From: Candidatus Sysuiplasma acidicola
Lineage (GTDB): Archaea > Thermoplasmatota > Thermoplasmata > Sysuiplasmatales > Sysuiplasmataceae
DNA: 64,000 nt
Direction: 5' to 3'
Assembly: GCA_019721035.1 (NCBI GenBank)
Contig: JAHEAA010000002.1
Coordinates: forward strand, 76,020 to 140,019
The translations under genes were made by a program, and so were the position numbers. Position 1 is the first letter of the stretch. Every line of letters starts with the position of its first letter. Under the pieces are notes generated by a model that was not told where the DNA came from, ran no database searches, and saw nothing but the letters and a program-made list of their open reading frames with translations. Positions 10,082 to 18,972 of the stretch are shown piece by piece.

Positions 10082-11031
10082 ACCACGTAGCCGGCTATGC
10101 CGACGCTCTTGCCTGTTGTCGGATTGCTTATGTAGGTTATCGTCACGGTGAAGTCCAGCGTTCTTCCTGTCACCGGCCTGTTGTAATTGAGCGTTAACGT
10201 TCCGTTTGAATTTATGGACCACAGCATGAATTTGCTCCCGTTCTGATCCTGACCACCGAGATTCTTCACCATCTGCTGGGAAACGTCATTGCGCAATGTG
10301 ATCTGACCGAGTCCTCCGTTCGCCGAGCTGTTTATGTCCATAACGGTGACTGGCCAGGCACCGTAACCAGGTTCGGTGCTGGAGTTGAAAGAATATGGAT
10401 ATATGACCATGCCGGCAGAAGGGGTGTACTGATAGACTACAGTGCTGTTCTGGGTGCTCATTATCGTGTCTGTCCAGTGCCAGAATGGATCTCTGAACGT
10501 CATGCCGCTGTATGGCTGCTGGCCGGTTGAAGAGATGAACTGGGTTCTGTTGACTGTGTGCACCATTGTCAGATGCTGAAATATAGGCATATAGGTGAGC
10601 AGTGACATGTTGAGCGGGCCGTATCCCTGGGACGCGGGTATTATCAGGAATTTGGTCTGATTTACATGCATGCCGACAATACCGCTGTCCATGCCGGCAA
10701 CCACCTGACCCGTTCCGACATTGCTTATCTGCAGTGGCGTATATGTGCTGCTGTTTCCCCTCCATGTGAATCCCGGCCCCTTGGGATATGTGGCGTTGTT
10801 CTTGGCAACGGAATAAATGGATGTGTCAAATATTTGTCCGTTGGAATACTGGCCGGTATAGTTCAGATATACGTTGTCGCCGTTCTGAACGGTGAGAGCC
10901 GGCCTGGCTTTTGACGAGACATAATACTGGTATCCAACATAACTGAGAAGGGCCGCGCCGATCAGGAGCATGACTATAACAAAAGCACCCGCCCTCGAAA
11001 TCCTGCCACGTACTGGAGCACCGTCACGCAT
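10051..11031 (-). CDS. Membrane-anchored, secreted FKBP-type peptidyl-prolyl cis-trans isomerase with Asn/Ser/Thr-rich C-terminal domain
   Basis: N-terminal TM anchor (AFVIVMLLIGAALLSYVGY), then FKBP core (VYLNYTGQYSNGQIFDTS...GQVVAGMDSGIVGMHVNQTKFLIIPASQGYG). At least 11 N-x-S/T sequons. It overlaps the 3' end of the GT4 gene by 31 bp, tail to tail. Confidence 0.75.
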   Translation of the reverse strand: MRDGAPVRGRISRAGAFVIVMLLIGAALLSYVGYQYYVSSKARPALTVQNGDNVYLNYTGQYSNGQIFDTSIYSVAKNNATYPKGPGFTWRGNSSTYTPLQISNVGTGQVVAGMDSGIVGMHVNQTKFLIIPASQGYGPLNMSLLTYMPIFQHLTMVHTVNRTQFISSTGQQPYSGMTFRDPFWHWTDTIMSTQNSTVVYQYTPSAGMVIYPYSFNSSTEPGYGAWPVTVMDINSSANGGLGQITLRNDVSQQMVKNLGGQDQNGSKFMLWSINSNGTLTLNYNRPVTGRTLDFTVTITYISNPTTGKSVGIAGYVVYAPVSQREL

Positions 11032-11051
11032 TGCGGACCGATTAAAACATC

Positions 11052-12410
11052 ATGCTAATAAAGCTTCTCCGCAATGGAGCCCCGCGCGGCAAGGGAAAAG
11101 TGGTCTGTTTGGCGAACGTTTTTACGAGCATTCGTGATGTGATTTCTTCCGGAGAAGAAGGAAAGAGTTTCAGCATCAGGGGATGGATTTACAGGACAAG
11201 AAGCAGCGGCTCCATAGTGTTCACTGTCATGAGGGATGCCACTGGCATAGTGCAGTGCACAGTGAAGAAGTCCGGCGTGCCCCCCGAGGATTTTGAGCAG
11301 GCGGCAAAGGCGCTGATTGAGACTTCGGCCGAATGCACGGGCAGTTTGAAGGCGGATGCCAGGGCACCGGGCGGATATGAACTGGTCGCCACATCATTCA
11401 AAGTCATTTCATTCGCCGAACCGTTCCCGATAACCGAAAATCAGAGCGAACCGTTTCTGCTCGACAACCGCCATTTGTGGATCAGGTCACGGGAACAGAC
11501 GGCCATAATGAAGGTGAAGGCGTCGATTCTGCTCGGAGCGAGGGAGTGGTTTACTGAAAACGACTTCTGCGAAGTCACGCCGCCGATACTCACCACGAAT
11601 GCCTGTGAGGGAGGCACCACACTGTTTCCGCTGAAATATTTCGACCAGAATGCGTATCTGAGCCAGAGTGCCCAGATGTACCTCGAGGCGCTGACCTTCA
11701 GCCTGGAGAGAGTTTTTGCCGTGACGCCATCGTTCAGGGCAGAAAAATCCAGGACGCCGAGACATCTGACTGAATACTGGCACCTGGAAGGGGAGGAGGC
11801 TTGGGTGAATAACGAGGGCAACATGCACATACAGGAGGAGCTTGTATCGCATGTTGTCCGCCATGTTCTGCAGAAGAGGAAGGAGGAGCTCGCCGTCCTC
11901 AAACGCAATGTGGAAGACCTGAAGGCTGTTGAGCCGCCGTTCGTGCGGCTCACATACGAAAATGCGCTGAAGATGCTTTCAGAGCGAGGTATGAACGCGA
12001 AATGGGGCGACGACTTTGGAACGGAGGAGGAGAAGATGCTCACTCTGGACAGCGTGAAGCCGGTGTTTGTCACAAACTTCCCGAAAGAGATAAAGGCGTT
12101 TTACATGAAGGAGAATGAGCAGGACAGCAGAACGTACAGCTGCGCTGATCTTATTGCTCCGGAAGGTTTCGGCGAAGTGATCGGCGGCAGCGAGAGGGAA
12201 ACGGATGTGCGGAAGCTGGTCGCGCGCATGGAAGAACAATCCATACCGCTTGAACCTTATGCGTGGTATCTCGACCTCAGGAAATACGGTTCCGTACCAC
12301 ATTCCGGTTTCGGCCTCGGTGTGGAGAGGCTCGTAAAGTGGATATGCAAACTGGATCACATCAGGGACGCAGTGCCCTTCCCGAGGACTCCGTCGAGGAT
12401 ATACCCCTGA
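11052..12410 (+). CDS. asnS: Asparaginyl-tRNA synthetase
   Basis: Class IIb motifs; FRAEKSRTPRHLTEYWHLEGEEAW matches the AsnRS-specific motif 2 region (E. coli [21 protein letters not shown]); GFGLGVERL motif 3. Confidence 0.85.
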   Translation: MLIKLLRNGAPRGKGKVVCLANVFTSIRDVISSGEEGKSFSIRGWIYRTRSSGSIVFTVMRDATGIVQCTVKKSGVPPEDFEQAAKALIETSAECTGSLKADARAPGGYELVATSFKVISFAEPFPITENQSEPFLLDNRHLWIRSREQTAIMKVKASILLGAREWFTENDFCEVTPPILTTNACEGGTTLFPLKYFDQNAYLSQSAQMYLEALTFSLERVFAVTPSFRAEKSRTPRHLTEYWHLEGEEAWVNNEGNMHIQEELVSHVVRHVLQKRKEELAVLKRNVEDLKAVEPPFVRLTYENALKMLSERGMNAKWGDDFGTEEEKMLTLDSVKPVFVTNFPKEIKAFYMKENEQDSRTYSCADLIAPEGFGEVIGGSERETDVRKLVARMEEQSIPLEPYAWYLDLRKYGSVPHSGFGLGVERLVKWICKLDHIRDAVPFPRTPSRIYP

Positions 12411-12416
12411 CAACGG

Positions 12417-13520
12417 TCAGCGCACGAACGGCGGCTTTACGACAACGCCATCTATTGTCCTGCCGCGTATGTCTATGCGTACTTTCGTCGAAACGGGCGG
12501 CACCGGATATGCATATCCCATCGCGACCGGTGTTCCGAGGACAGGCGAAAAACCGCCGCTGGTGACAGTGCCGGTTCCTCCGTCAAAACTGAATCTGTCT
12601 CCATGCCTTGGTATGCTCCTGCCCTCCACCCTTATGCAGATGAGGCGGCTGTATCCGCCTGCCCTCTTCTGCTCCTCCAGCGCTTCTCTGCCAATGAAAT
12701 CATGATCCCACTTGATGACCCAATCATAACCTGTTTCAAGGGTCGACTGCCTGCCGTCGAAATCGGTGCCGGAGAGCAGATACCCTTTCTCCAGTCTGAG
12801 CGAGTCTCTCGCACCCAGACCGGCGGGCACCGTTGCTGCATGATCTGACGAGAGTATGTCGCTCCATATACCGGGGGCATCGGAAGCGTGCGTGAAAAGT
12901 TCAAAACCGTCTTCGCCGGTGTAACCGGTCCTGGAGACGAAGAACGAGGAGTTTTTCAGCCTGTCCATGAAGGGTCCCTGTCCACCGGAAAATGTGCCTG
13001 TGAAACTGCGCAGGGGAACTGAGTCCGGCAGAATAGCGCCGATAGTCTTCACTGCCTCCGGACCCTGCAAAGCGATACAGCACACTTCAGCACTGACGTC
13101 GGAGACGTCACAGCTCACATTATTCACCACCCAGTTCAGTATCTCTTCCGTTCTGGAGGCGTTGGGAACTATGACAAACTCATCGGCCCCAGTCCTGATG
13201 GCAATAGTATCGTCGATTATGATGCCCCTGTCGTCGAGGAAATGTGTATAGGTGCATGAGCCGATTTCGCGACCGGCTATCCTGTTTGTCGACAGTCTAT
13301 CGAGATCGCTCTCGCAGCTCTTTCCGGACAATATGACTTCACCCATGTGCGAGACGTCAAAAAGTCCGGCACTTCTCCTCACATTCATGTGCTCCTCCAG
13401 TATGGAAGTGTAATAGAGGGGCATCTCCCAGCCTGCAAACGGTACGATGTGCCCCCCGAGCCCGACATGCTTTTCAAAAAGAGGGGTCTTCTTCAACGCA
13501 GCTCCTTTATCATCCGTCAC
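12417..13520 (-). CDS. gcvT: Glycine cleavage system T protein (aminomethyltransferase)
   Basis: MPLYYTSILEEHMNVRRSAGLFDVSHMG, the characteristic GcvT N-terminus; 367 aa. Confidence 0.9.
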   Translation of the reverse strand: MTDDKGAALKKTPLFEKHVGLGGHIVPFAGWEMPLYYTSILEEHMNVRRSAGLFDVSHMGEVILSGKSCESDLDRLSTNRIAGREIGSCTYTHFLDDRGIIIDDTIAIRTGADEFVIVPNASRTEEILNWVVNNVSCDVSDVSAEVCCIALQGPEAVKTIGAILPDSVPLRSFTGTFSGGQGPFMDRLKNSSFFVSRTGYTGEDGFELFTHASDAPGIWSDILSSDHAATVPAGLGARDSLRLEKGYLLSGTDFDGRQSTLETGYDWVIKWDHDFIGREALEEQKRAGGYSRLICIRVEGRSIPRHGDRFSFDGGTGTVTSGGFSPVLGTPVAMGYAYPVPPVSTKVRIDIRGRTIDGVVVKPPFVR

Positions 13521-13547
13521 GTGTTCACCGTCCGCACACTGTGCATA

Positions 13548-14708
13548 TTATCTCTTCCTTGATGAAAGCATCTCCTCGAGCCTCATTACCATTATATCCG
13601 CAGGGATGTCAAGGAGAGTAATCATGCCGGTCACACCGGAGGCGCCCCTCTTTTTCGACCTGAGATCTATGAGTCCGAGACCAACAAGCTCCTTCATGTG
13701 AGAATAGAACTGGGTGTGTCCCCTCGGCTTCTCACTGTACTCTTCACATACAATCCTGTAGATGTTTTCAACCTCGGTTGTTTCGGCGTACGCCCTTGTT
13801 CTCAGCAGGCGGGATGCAGAAAGCAGAACAAGCATCTGCTGTCTGCTCAGGCTGGACACTTTTTCTTCTGTCACAAACGAATAAGTTGATGCTTTTGCCG
13901 CGCGCACATCTTCGATCCCTATCTTCTGCGACATGCGTTCGTTTGCCAGCATGCCTGAGTTTTCCAGCAGCTCAAGTGCAAATCTCGCATCACCCCATTC
14001 GCCTGCGCTCTCTGCAATCATATCGAGCAGTTCGTCATCGACGGCACCGCTGACGAGCGCAAGCTCGGCTCTCGCCGACACAATATCGCGGAGCTGCTTC
14101 ACAGTATATTTGCCGAATTCTATCACGTTTGTTCTCTTGAAGGTGGACATGGCGGACATGTCCAGCAATTCGAAGAGGTGCCGTTGTGATATCAGTATAA
14201 GCGAAATCCTGTGCTTGAGCGTGTCGGACTCTTCCGGCAGCCTGCTCAGATAATATACAAGATCGCTTGCACCACTCCTGATCAGTGCATCCACTTCATC
14301 GAGCACGAAAACGCAGTGAGCCTGTTTCTTCTCTATGTGCCTGCGCAGAACCTTCCTCAATTCCTGTGAGGAGAATCCCCTGTCGGGAAAGTTGGGATCG
14401 AAATAATTTATCAGCTTGAGAAGTGTCGAAACTTCGCTGTTCCTCTGCCTGCAGTTAACGATTGTCCATTCTATCTTGCGCCCGGCTTTCGCCGTCCTGA
14501 GCGAAAGGTCTGAACAGAAACTCTTCGACGTTACAGTTTTGCCCGTGCCTATGCTGCCGACCAGCAGTACATTCTGGCTGTACCCTCCCTCCTGCACTGG
14601 TTCGAACATCACCTGGAGCCTGCGCATCTGCTCCTCCCTGTGAGGCAGCTTGTCGGGGATGTAATCGAATGAGAGCTTTCCAATGTCCTTGAAAACACCG
14701 CTAGGCAT
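13548..14708 (-). CDS. cdc6: Orc1/Cdc6 replication initiator (AAA+ plus winged helix)
   Basis: Walker A VLLVGSIGTGKT, Walker B VFVLDEVD, sensor motifs and a C-terminal wH domain. Confidence 0.9.
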   Translation of the reverse strand: MPSGVFKDIGKLSFDYIPDKLPHREEQMRRLQVMFEPVQEGGYSQNVLLVGSIGTGKTVTSKSFCSDLSLRTAKAGRKIEWTIVNCRQRNSEVSTLLKLINYFDPNFPDRGFSSQELRKVLRRHIEKKQAHCVFVLDEVDALIRSGASDLVYYLSRLPEESDTLKHRISLILISQRHLFELLDMSAMSTFKRTNVIEFGKYTVKQLRDIVSARAELALVSGAVDDELLDMIAESAGEWGDARFALELLENSGMLANERMSQKIGIEDVRAAKASTYSFVTEEKVSSLSRQQMLVLLSASRLLRTRAYAETTEVENIYRIVCEEYSEKPRGHTQFYSHMKELVGLGLIDLRSKKRGASGVTGMITLLDIPADIMVMRLEEMLSSRKR

Positions 14709-15257
14709 GGTTTCAGTCTGGACGTTAACAACTGCACTTTAATTAGCTTTGGCGGTAACGACCTTGTCAAGTTTTCATTGATATTCCAATTGCTTCATGA
14801 CTTCTGTGAACGCTCCCCGCTGCAAGCTATCTTGTAGTCAGCAGTTGCAGACAACGACAAGGTTACTGCGGCCGACACTGTTTATGTTATGCGGAATTGG
14901 CATGCTTCGGCGACCTCCCCCTGTCGCCGTTTAAATAGCCTGTAGGAGTGGAATGATGACATGCTGACGGCACGTTATCGGCTCCGTGGCAATGCCCATG
15001 CGGTGCCACATATGATCGCGACAGAACCAGGATGTCTGCCCGTGACCCGGGCAGGAGCAGGAGGCTGATGAGGCAATGAAGCAGTTCAAAGATGCTGAGC
15101 GGAAGCCTTCAAGTCAATGTTTTCAAGGAAAAGTTGACAGAGTCGTAAACATGTTTCAGCCGAACGTGAGGCGTAGAACTGTCAGCAATCATGCTTCCCT
15201 GCCGGTAAACGTGACGCCCGACTTTCAGGCAGAGGTGGCGTCACAGACACCGGCGTT

Positions 15258-16875
15258 GGTAACTGGTCAGTCTTATGAAAAGAGCCTAATGAAAGTGTTG
15301 TTTTCATTGAATTGACCGAAAGTTTTTTCGGGTAGGATCGCCATACACCCCTCTGATGAACCGGATTCTGAACGAAGAATTTGCAGGCAGGATTGAATTC
15401 CTTCTCTCCGCCGATGAGAAGAAGTTGAGACTCTCGCAGGATGCGAGACAGGAACTTCTCAGGAAGTTCCGTGAAATGATCGAGATGATCAGGAAGCTGG
15501 AGAAGGAGAATCAGAGACTCAAGGAGGATCTGAAGAAGGTACGTGACGATTACGAAGAGTACAGGCACCGCCATCCAGAGACAGTCGGCGTGAAGAACGG
15601 CAAGGCATACGCCATACCTGAGAACGCAAAGGATGAAGGCGAAGGCGGGAACGGGACCGGCAGGAAGCCGGGCGCTCAGCCCGGCCACAAACCGTTCTTC
15701 AGGGAAAAGCCGGCACCGGACTGGACGGAGGAACTGCCTGTCGATGTGTGTCCCGACTGCGGAAGCGGCGAACTCGGCGCGCCTTCACTGCGTGCAAGGA
15801 CAGTGGAGGGCATCACACTGCCGGTGCACTTTGCAGTGGAGTATCTCATTCAGCGCAGATGGTGCGGCACATGCCGCACTTTTGTCGAGTCCGATGTGCC
15901 CGATGTACTGCCAGGGTCCAGGATTGACCTGAGGACGATGCTCGTCATGACATACATGCGCATCGCACTCAGGCTTCCGGTGCAGTCCGTCGCAGAGGCG
16001 ATGCAGCGACTCTTCTCATTCCATGTCTCAGAAGGCGAAATCATAGGCGTGGAGAGGAAACTCGCTGACGCGTTCACAGACTACTACGAACAGCTGCTCG
16101 GGGACATACGCAATGCGCCTGTCCGCCACATGGACGAAACCACATGGCGTGTCGACGGCGAGAACAGCTGGTTATGGGCATTCGTCACAAAGTGGACCGT
16201 TGTCTATGCAATAAGGAAGAGCAGGAGTCATGAGGTGCCGCTCAACATACTCGCAGAACATGTTGCCGGCATCAACATCACTGACCGTTACAGGGCATAC
16301 GACACGCTCGCCGCAAAGACGGGCGACCTGCAGTCATACTGCTGGTCGCATGTTCTCGGCGATGCGAAGGAACTGGCGGAGTTCTACGGCGAGGAGGGAA
16401 AGCGCATACACGACACGCTCCATTCCATACATGAAGATGCAGCGAAACTGAAACACATGGGAAATGAATATGATGTCGAGGCATTCGTATCGAGACTGAA
16501 AACACTCGACGTGCCGTACAAATCGGCACAGTGTGCCAGGTTCGTGAAGAACCTCATAGCAGACAGGGAAAAGCTGTTCCTGTTCGTCGAACTGGACATA
16601 GAGAGCACGAACAACCGTGCCGAGAGGGCAATAAGACCGGTTGTCATCTCGAGGAAGATATCTGGAGGCAGCCGCTCAGACAGCGGCGCCACCATGTTCG
16701 AGAAACTCGCGAGTATCGTACAGACGATGAAGCTCAGGGATCTCAATTTCCTCACAGACGGCATGAGAATACTGCGGACATCACACGGGTGAATGCCGCA
16801 ACATACATTCTGACGGCGGGCGGCCGAATAATATTCGGAAACTCATGTCACTGTACACAAGACTGAATAGTTACC
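15258..16875 (+). mobile_element. IS66-family insertion sequence (single-ORF, ISBst12-like group), about 1.6 kb
   Basis: An imperfect 20-bp terminal inverted repeat: GGTAACTGGTCAGTCTTATG at 15258..15277 versus the reverse complement of 16856..16875 (GGTAACTATTCAGTCTTGTG), 17 of 20 matching. It begins GTAA like IS66 TIRs and encloses the transposase ORF. No clean 8-bp TSD was found. Confidence 0.6.
15356..16792 (+). CDS. IS66-family transposase (TnpC-like)
   Basis: N-terminal leucine zipper/coiled coil, CPDCG...CGTC zinc finger, DDE region (HMDETTW, WLWAF, QSYCWSHVLGD), C-terminal TNNRAERAIRPVVISRKISGGSRS signature of IS66 TnpC. Confidence 0.9.
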   Translation: MNRILNEEFAGRIEFLLSADEKKLRLSQDARQELLRKFREMIEMIRKLEKENQRLKEDLKKVRDDYEEYRHRHPETVGVKNGKAYAIPENAKDEGEGGNGTGRKPGAQPGHKPFFREKPAPDWTEELPVDVCPDCGSGELGAPSLRARTVEGITLPVHFAVEYLIQRRWCGTCRTFVESDVPDVLPGSRIDLRTMLVMTYMRIALRLPVQSVAEAMQRLFSFHVSEGEIIGVERKLADAFTDYYEQLLGDIRNAPVRHMDETTWRVDGENSWLWAFVTKWTVVYAIRKSRSHEVPLNILAEHVAGINITDRYRAYDTLAAKTGDLQSYCWSHVLGDAKELAEFYGEEGKRIHDTLHSIHEDAAKLKHMGNEYDVEAFVSRLKTLDVPYKSAQCARFVKNLIADREKLFLFVELDIESTNNRAERAIRPVVISRKISGGSRSDSGATMFEKLASIVQTMKLRDLNFLTDGMRILRTSHG

Positions 16876-16887
16876 GATTGTAAGAAG

Positions 16888-16900
16888 TTATTTATAATAT
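16888..16900 (+). promoter_or_regulatory. TATA-like box (TTATTTATAATAT) just outside the IS right end, upstream of the Lys-rich ORF / rpl15e
   Basis: A/T 13-mer about 26 bp before a predicted TSS near 16921; ATG at 16953. Confidence 0.3.
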
Positions 16901-17309
16901 AGCCAAATTCGAAACCAGTTCAGATTTACAATCGATCATATTGGTGTGCCAGATGAATAAGGAAGAAGAGAAGAAGGGCGCAAAGGAGAAGAAAACAAAG
17001 CAGTCCAGAGCAGCAAAGGACGAGAAAGCAGTTGCGAAACATGCTTCGAAGGAGACGCCTGAAAGGAAGGAGAAGAAGAGCAGGAAGGAGGGGAAGGAGG
17101 TAGTAGCTGCCGAGGCTGTTGAAGCCGAAACGGAGAAAGTCACAAGATCGGAGAAGCCCAAGAAGAAGAGAACACGAAGCAGGAAAGGATCCGGTGCAGC
17201 AGCGAAGTCGGGCAAGCCAACTGTTCCTGCAGAACCCGGCGCTCCTGTTTCACAGCTTGCTCCGGAAATGCCGCCTGCCATGAAATTGAAATATGGCAGT
17301 GGCACGAGC

Positions 17310-17888
17310 ATGTATGCTCACATATCTTCCTATCGCAAGAACAGCTTCAACAAGGCACTCGGCAGGACTGAGTGGGAGAGGCTGATACGCTGGCGCAAAG
17401 AGGAAAATTACAGAACCATTGAACATCCGACAAGACTCGACAGGGCACGCTCCCTCGGCTATAAGGCCAAGCAGGGTGTTACGCTGGTCAGGGTCAGGGT
17501 ACGCAGAGGCGGACTCAGAAAGAGAAGGATAGCCAAGGGGCGCAGGGCGAAGAGAAAGGGTATACTGCGCATCACCATGAAGAAGAATACACAGAGAATG
17601 GCTGAGGAGCGTGTAGGAAAGAGATACCCTAACATGGAAGTTCTCAATTCCTACCCCGTAGGTCAGGACGGCATGCACCGTTGGTTCGAGGTCATACTCG
17701 TCGACCCATACAGCCCGTCTGTTCAGAGCGACAGGCATCTCAACTGGCTTTCAAACCAGACACATTCCAGCAGGGCCTTCCGCGGCCTGACTTCCGCCGG
17801 CAAGAAAGGAAGGGGACTGCGCTGGCGGGGCAAGGGCGTCGAGAAGGTCAGACCTTCCGTAAGGGCCAACGACAGGAAGGGTAAGTAA
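17310..17888 (+). CDS. rpl15e: 50S ribosomal protein L15e. Core protein only; an in-frame Lys/Glu-rich 123-codon ORF extends upstream to 16941.
   Basis: MYAHISSYRKNSFNKALGRTEWERLIRWRKEENYRT...RGLTSAGKKGRGLRWRGKG is canonical L15e (193 aa). The supplied ORF (16941..17888, TTG start) adds a KEEEKKGAKEKKTKQ... extension. A second TATA-like element (AAATTGAAATAT, 17283..17294) lies 26 bp before the 17310 ATG. Confidence 0.85.
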   Translation: MYAHISSYRKNSFNKALGRTEWERLIRWRKEENYRTIEHPTRLDRARSLGYKAKQGVTLVRVRVRRGGLRKRRIAKGRRAKRKGILRITMKKNTQRMAEERVGKRYPNMEVLNSYPVGQDGMHRWFEVILVDPYSPSVQSDRHLNWLSNQTHSSRAFRGLTSAGKKGRGLRWRGKGVEKVRPSVRANDRKGK

Positions 17889-18746
17889 TCAGGATATTCT
17901 GGCGAGCAGAGCAAGGCGCTCGCCTTCGGTCATTCCCGCCGCCGGATAAAAGAATGCGAAATTGGACTTTACCATCGCCGCTGCGTCCGCGATCCTGTCC
18001 ACACTCAACGCAATGCCTGAGCATCGCGCCTGGGCTGCGATCGAAAGCAGTTGTTCCAAACCATTTACAGAGACAATGCTTATTTTTGCATTCCATTTCC
18101 TGATAGGCTCGATGTCATCATCCGTATTTCTGCCTATGACAACGCTGCATCCTCTCCTCATCATCATCCAGGGAATAATGATGTCATCACGCTTTTCCAC
18201 CAGACAGGCGACACTGCCCTGCGTACCCATCGGCAGGCCACCGGGTCCCTGTTCGGAATTCCCGTAGATGTACGCCGCCTTCTCTCTTGCCTCGACGAAC
18301 ACTTCCACGTCCGGATGATCGAGCGAAACACGCAGTTCCATGTCCTCATGGTCTCCGATGATGCGCGATCCTGCTTCTCTGGCGAGTTCCATGCTCGTGT
18401 ACTTCTGTCCGCCTGATCTGCGCGCTCTAACCGCGAATGCACAGCCTCTGTAAAGCAATCCTGACGCATAAGCCGAGACAGCGCTGACCAGTTCATTCAT
18501 ACCCACTGGAGCCTCCACCACTTCACTGAAGGAGGCTATGCCAAAGGTGCGCGAGATGATCTCTCTGCTCCTCTCGGCATTGCCGGATAGAACGTATATT
18601 CTGCCTCTGTCTGAAGAGACGATACATTCCTGCCCGGAGCCTAGGAATGCGTTCTCTATGTTTTCGATGAGTGTGTTGATGAATCTTCTTCGAACCCTTT
18701 CGCTCTTGAGACCTATCTCGGCATATCTGAGCAGGAATAGTGTCAT
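17889..18746 (-). CDS. ThiI-like protein: N-terminal ferredoxin-like/THUMP tRNA-binding domain plus a truncated, degenerate PP-loop domain
   Basis: The YAEIGLKSERVRRRF start is the typical ThiI N-terminus and a THUMP domain follows. GLPMGTQGSVACLVEKRDDIIIPWMMMRRG aligns to the ThiI G-x-x-G-K-vlvLlSGGiDSPVAaylmmkRG region, but SGGIDS is replaced by EKRDDI. The protein ends about 115 aa after this. Confidence 0.75.
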   Translation of the reverse strand: MTLFLLRYAEIGLKSERVRRRFINTLIENIENAFLGSGQECIVSSDRGRIYVLSGNAERSREIISRTFGIASFSEVVEAPVGMNELVSAVSAYASGLLYRGCAFAVRARRSGGQKYTSMELAREAGSRIIGDHEDMELRVSLDHPDVEVFVEAREKAAYIYGNSEQGPGGLPMGTQGSVACLVEKRDDIIIPWMMMRRGCSVVIGRNTDDDIEPIRKWNAKISIVSVNGLEQLLSIAAQARCSGIALSVDRIADAAAMVKSNFAFFYPAAGMTEGERLALLARIS

Positions 18747-18972
18747 CGGGCACTGTTAGTCTTCATTGTAATTAAAGAATGTCTGCCGTATGCATCTTCA
18801 GCGTCTGCCAGATTTGTTGCAGGTGGCATGTTCATGGAAACTGAAAGTGCAGGCCAGTGATTTACATCGATGGCAGCTGATCCCGTTCCTTCCAACACAT
18901 TTTGTCGACGCTGGCCTGCAATAGCCGCCAGCAGACAAGCGCTTGCCGGACCACATAGGAACGACTAAATAA

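Noticed and set aside
14709-15257. Possible replication origin (oriC) in the 550-bp region upstream of orc1/cdc6
   Set aside because: The region is about 50% GC and has no AT-rich unwinding element. I could not find repeated ORB/mini-ORB motifs. There is only a single GTGGAAT, and a TTTTCATTGA 10-mer that occurs twice. Not supportable from sequence alone.
15076-15315. 79-aa ORF upstream of the transposase as a possible IS66 TnpA/TnpB
   Set aside because: No similarity to IS66 Orf1/Orf2. It lies mostly outside the inferred TIR, and its composition is not convincingly coding.
16892-17311. 139-aa minus-strand ORF antisense to the Lys-rich tract
   Set aside because: It is a pyrimidine-rich mirror of a purine-rich low-complexity region. 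The frame is open simply for lack of stop codons.
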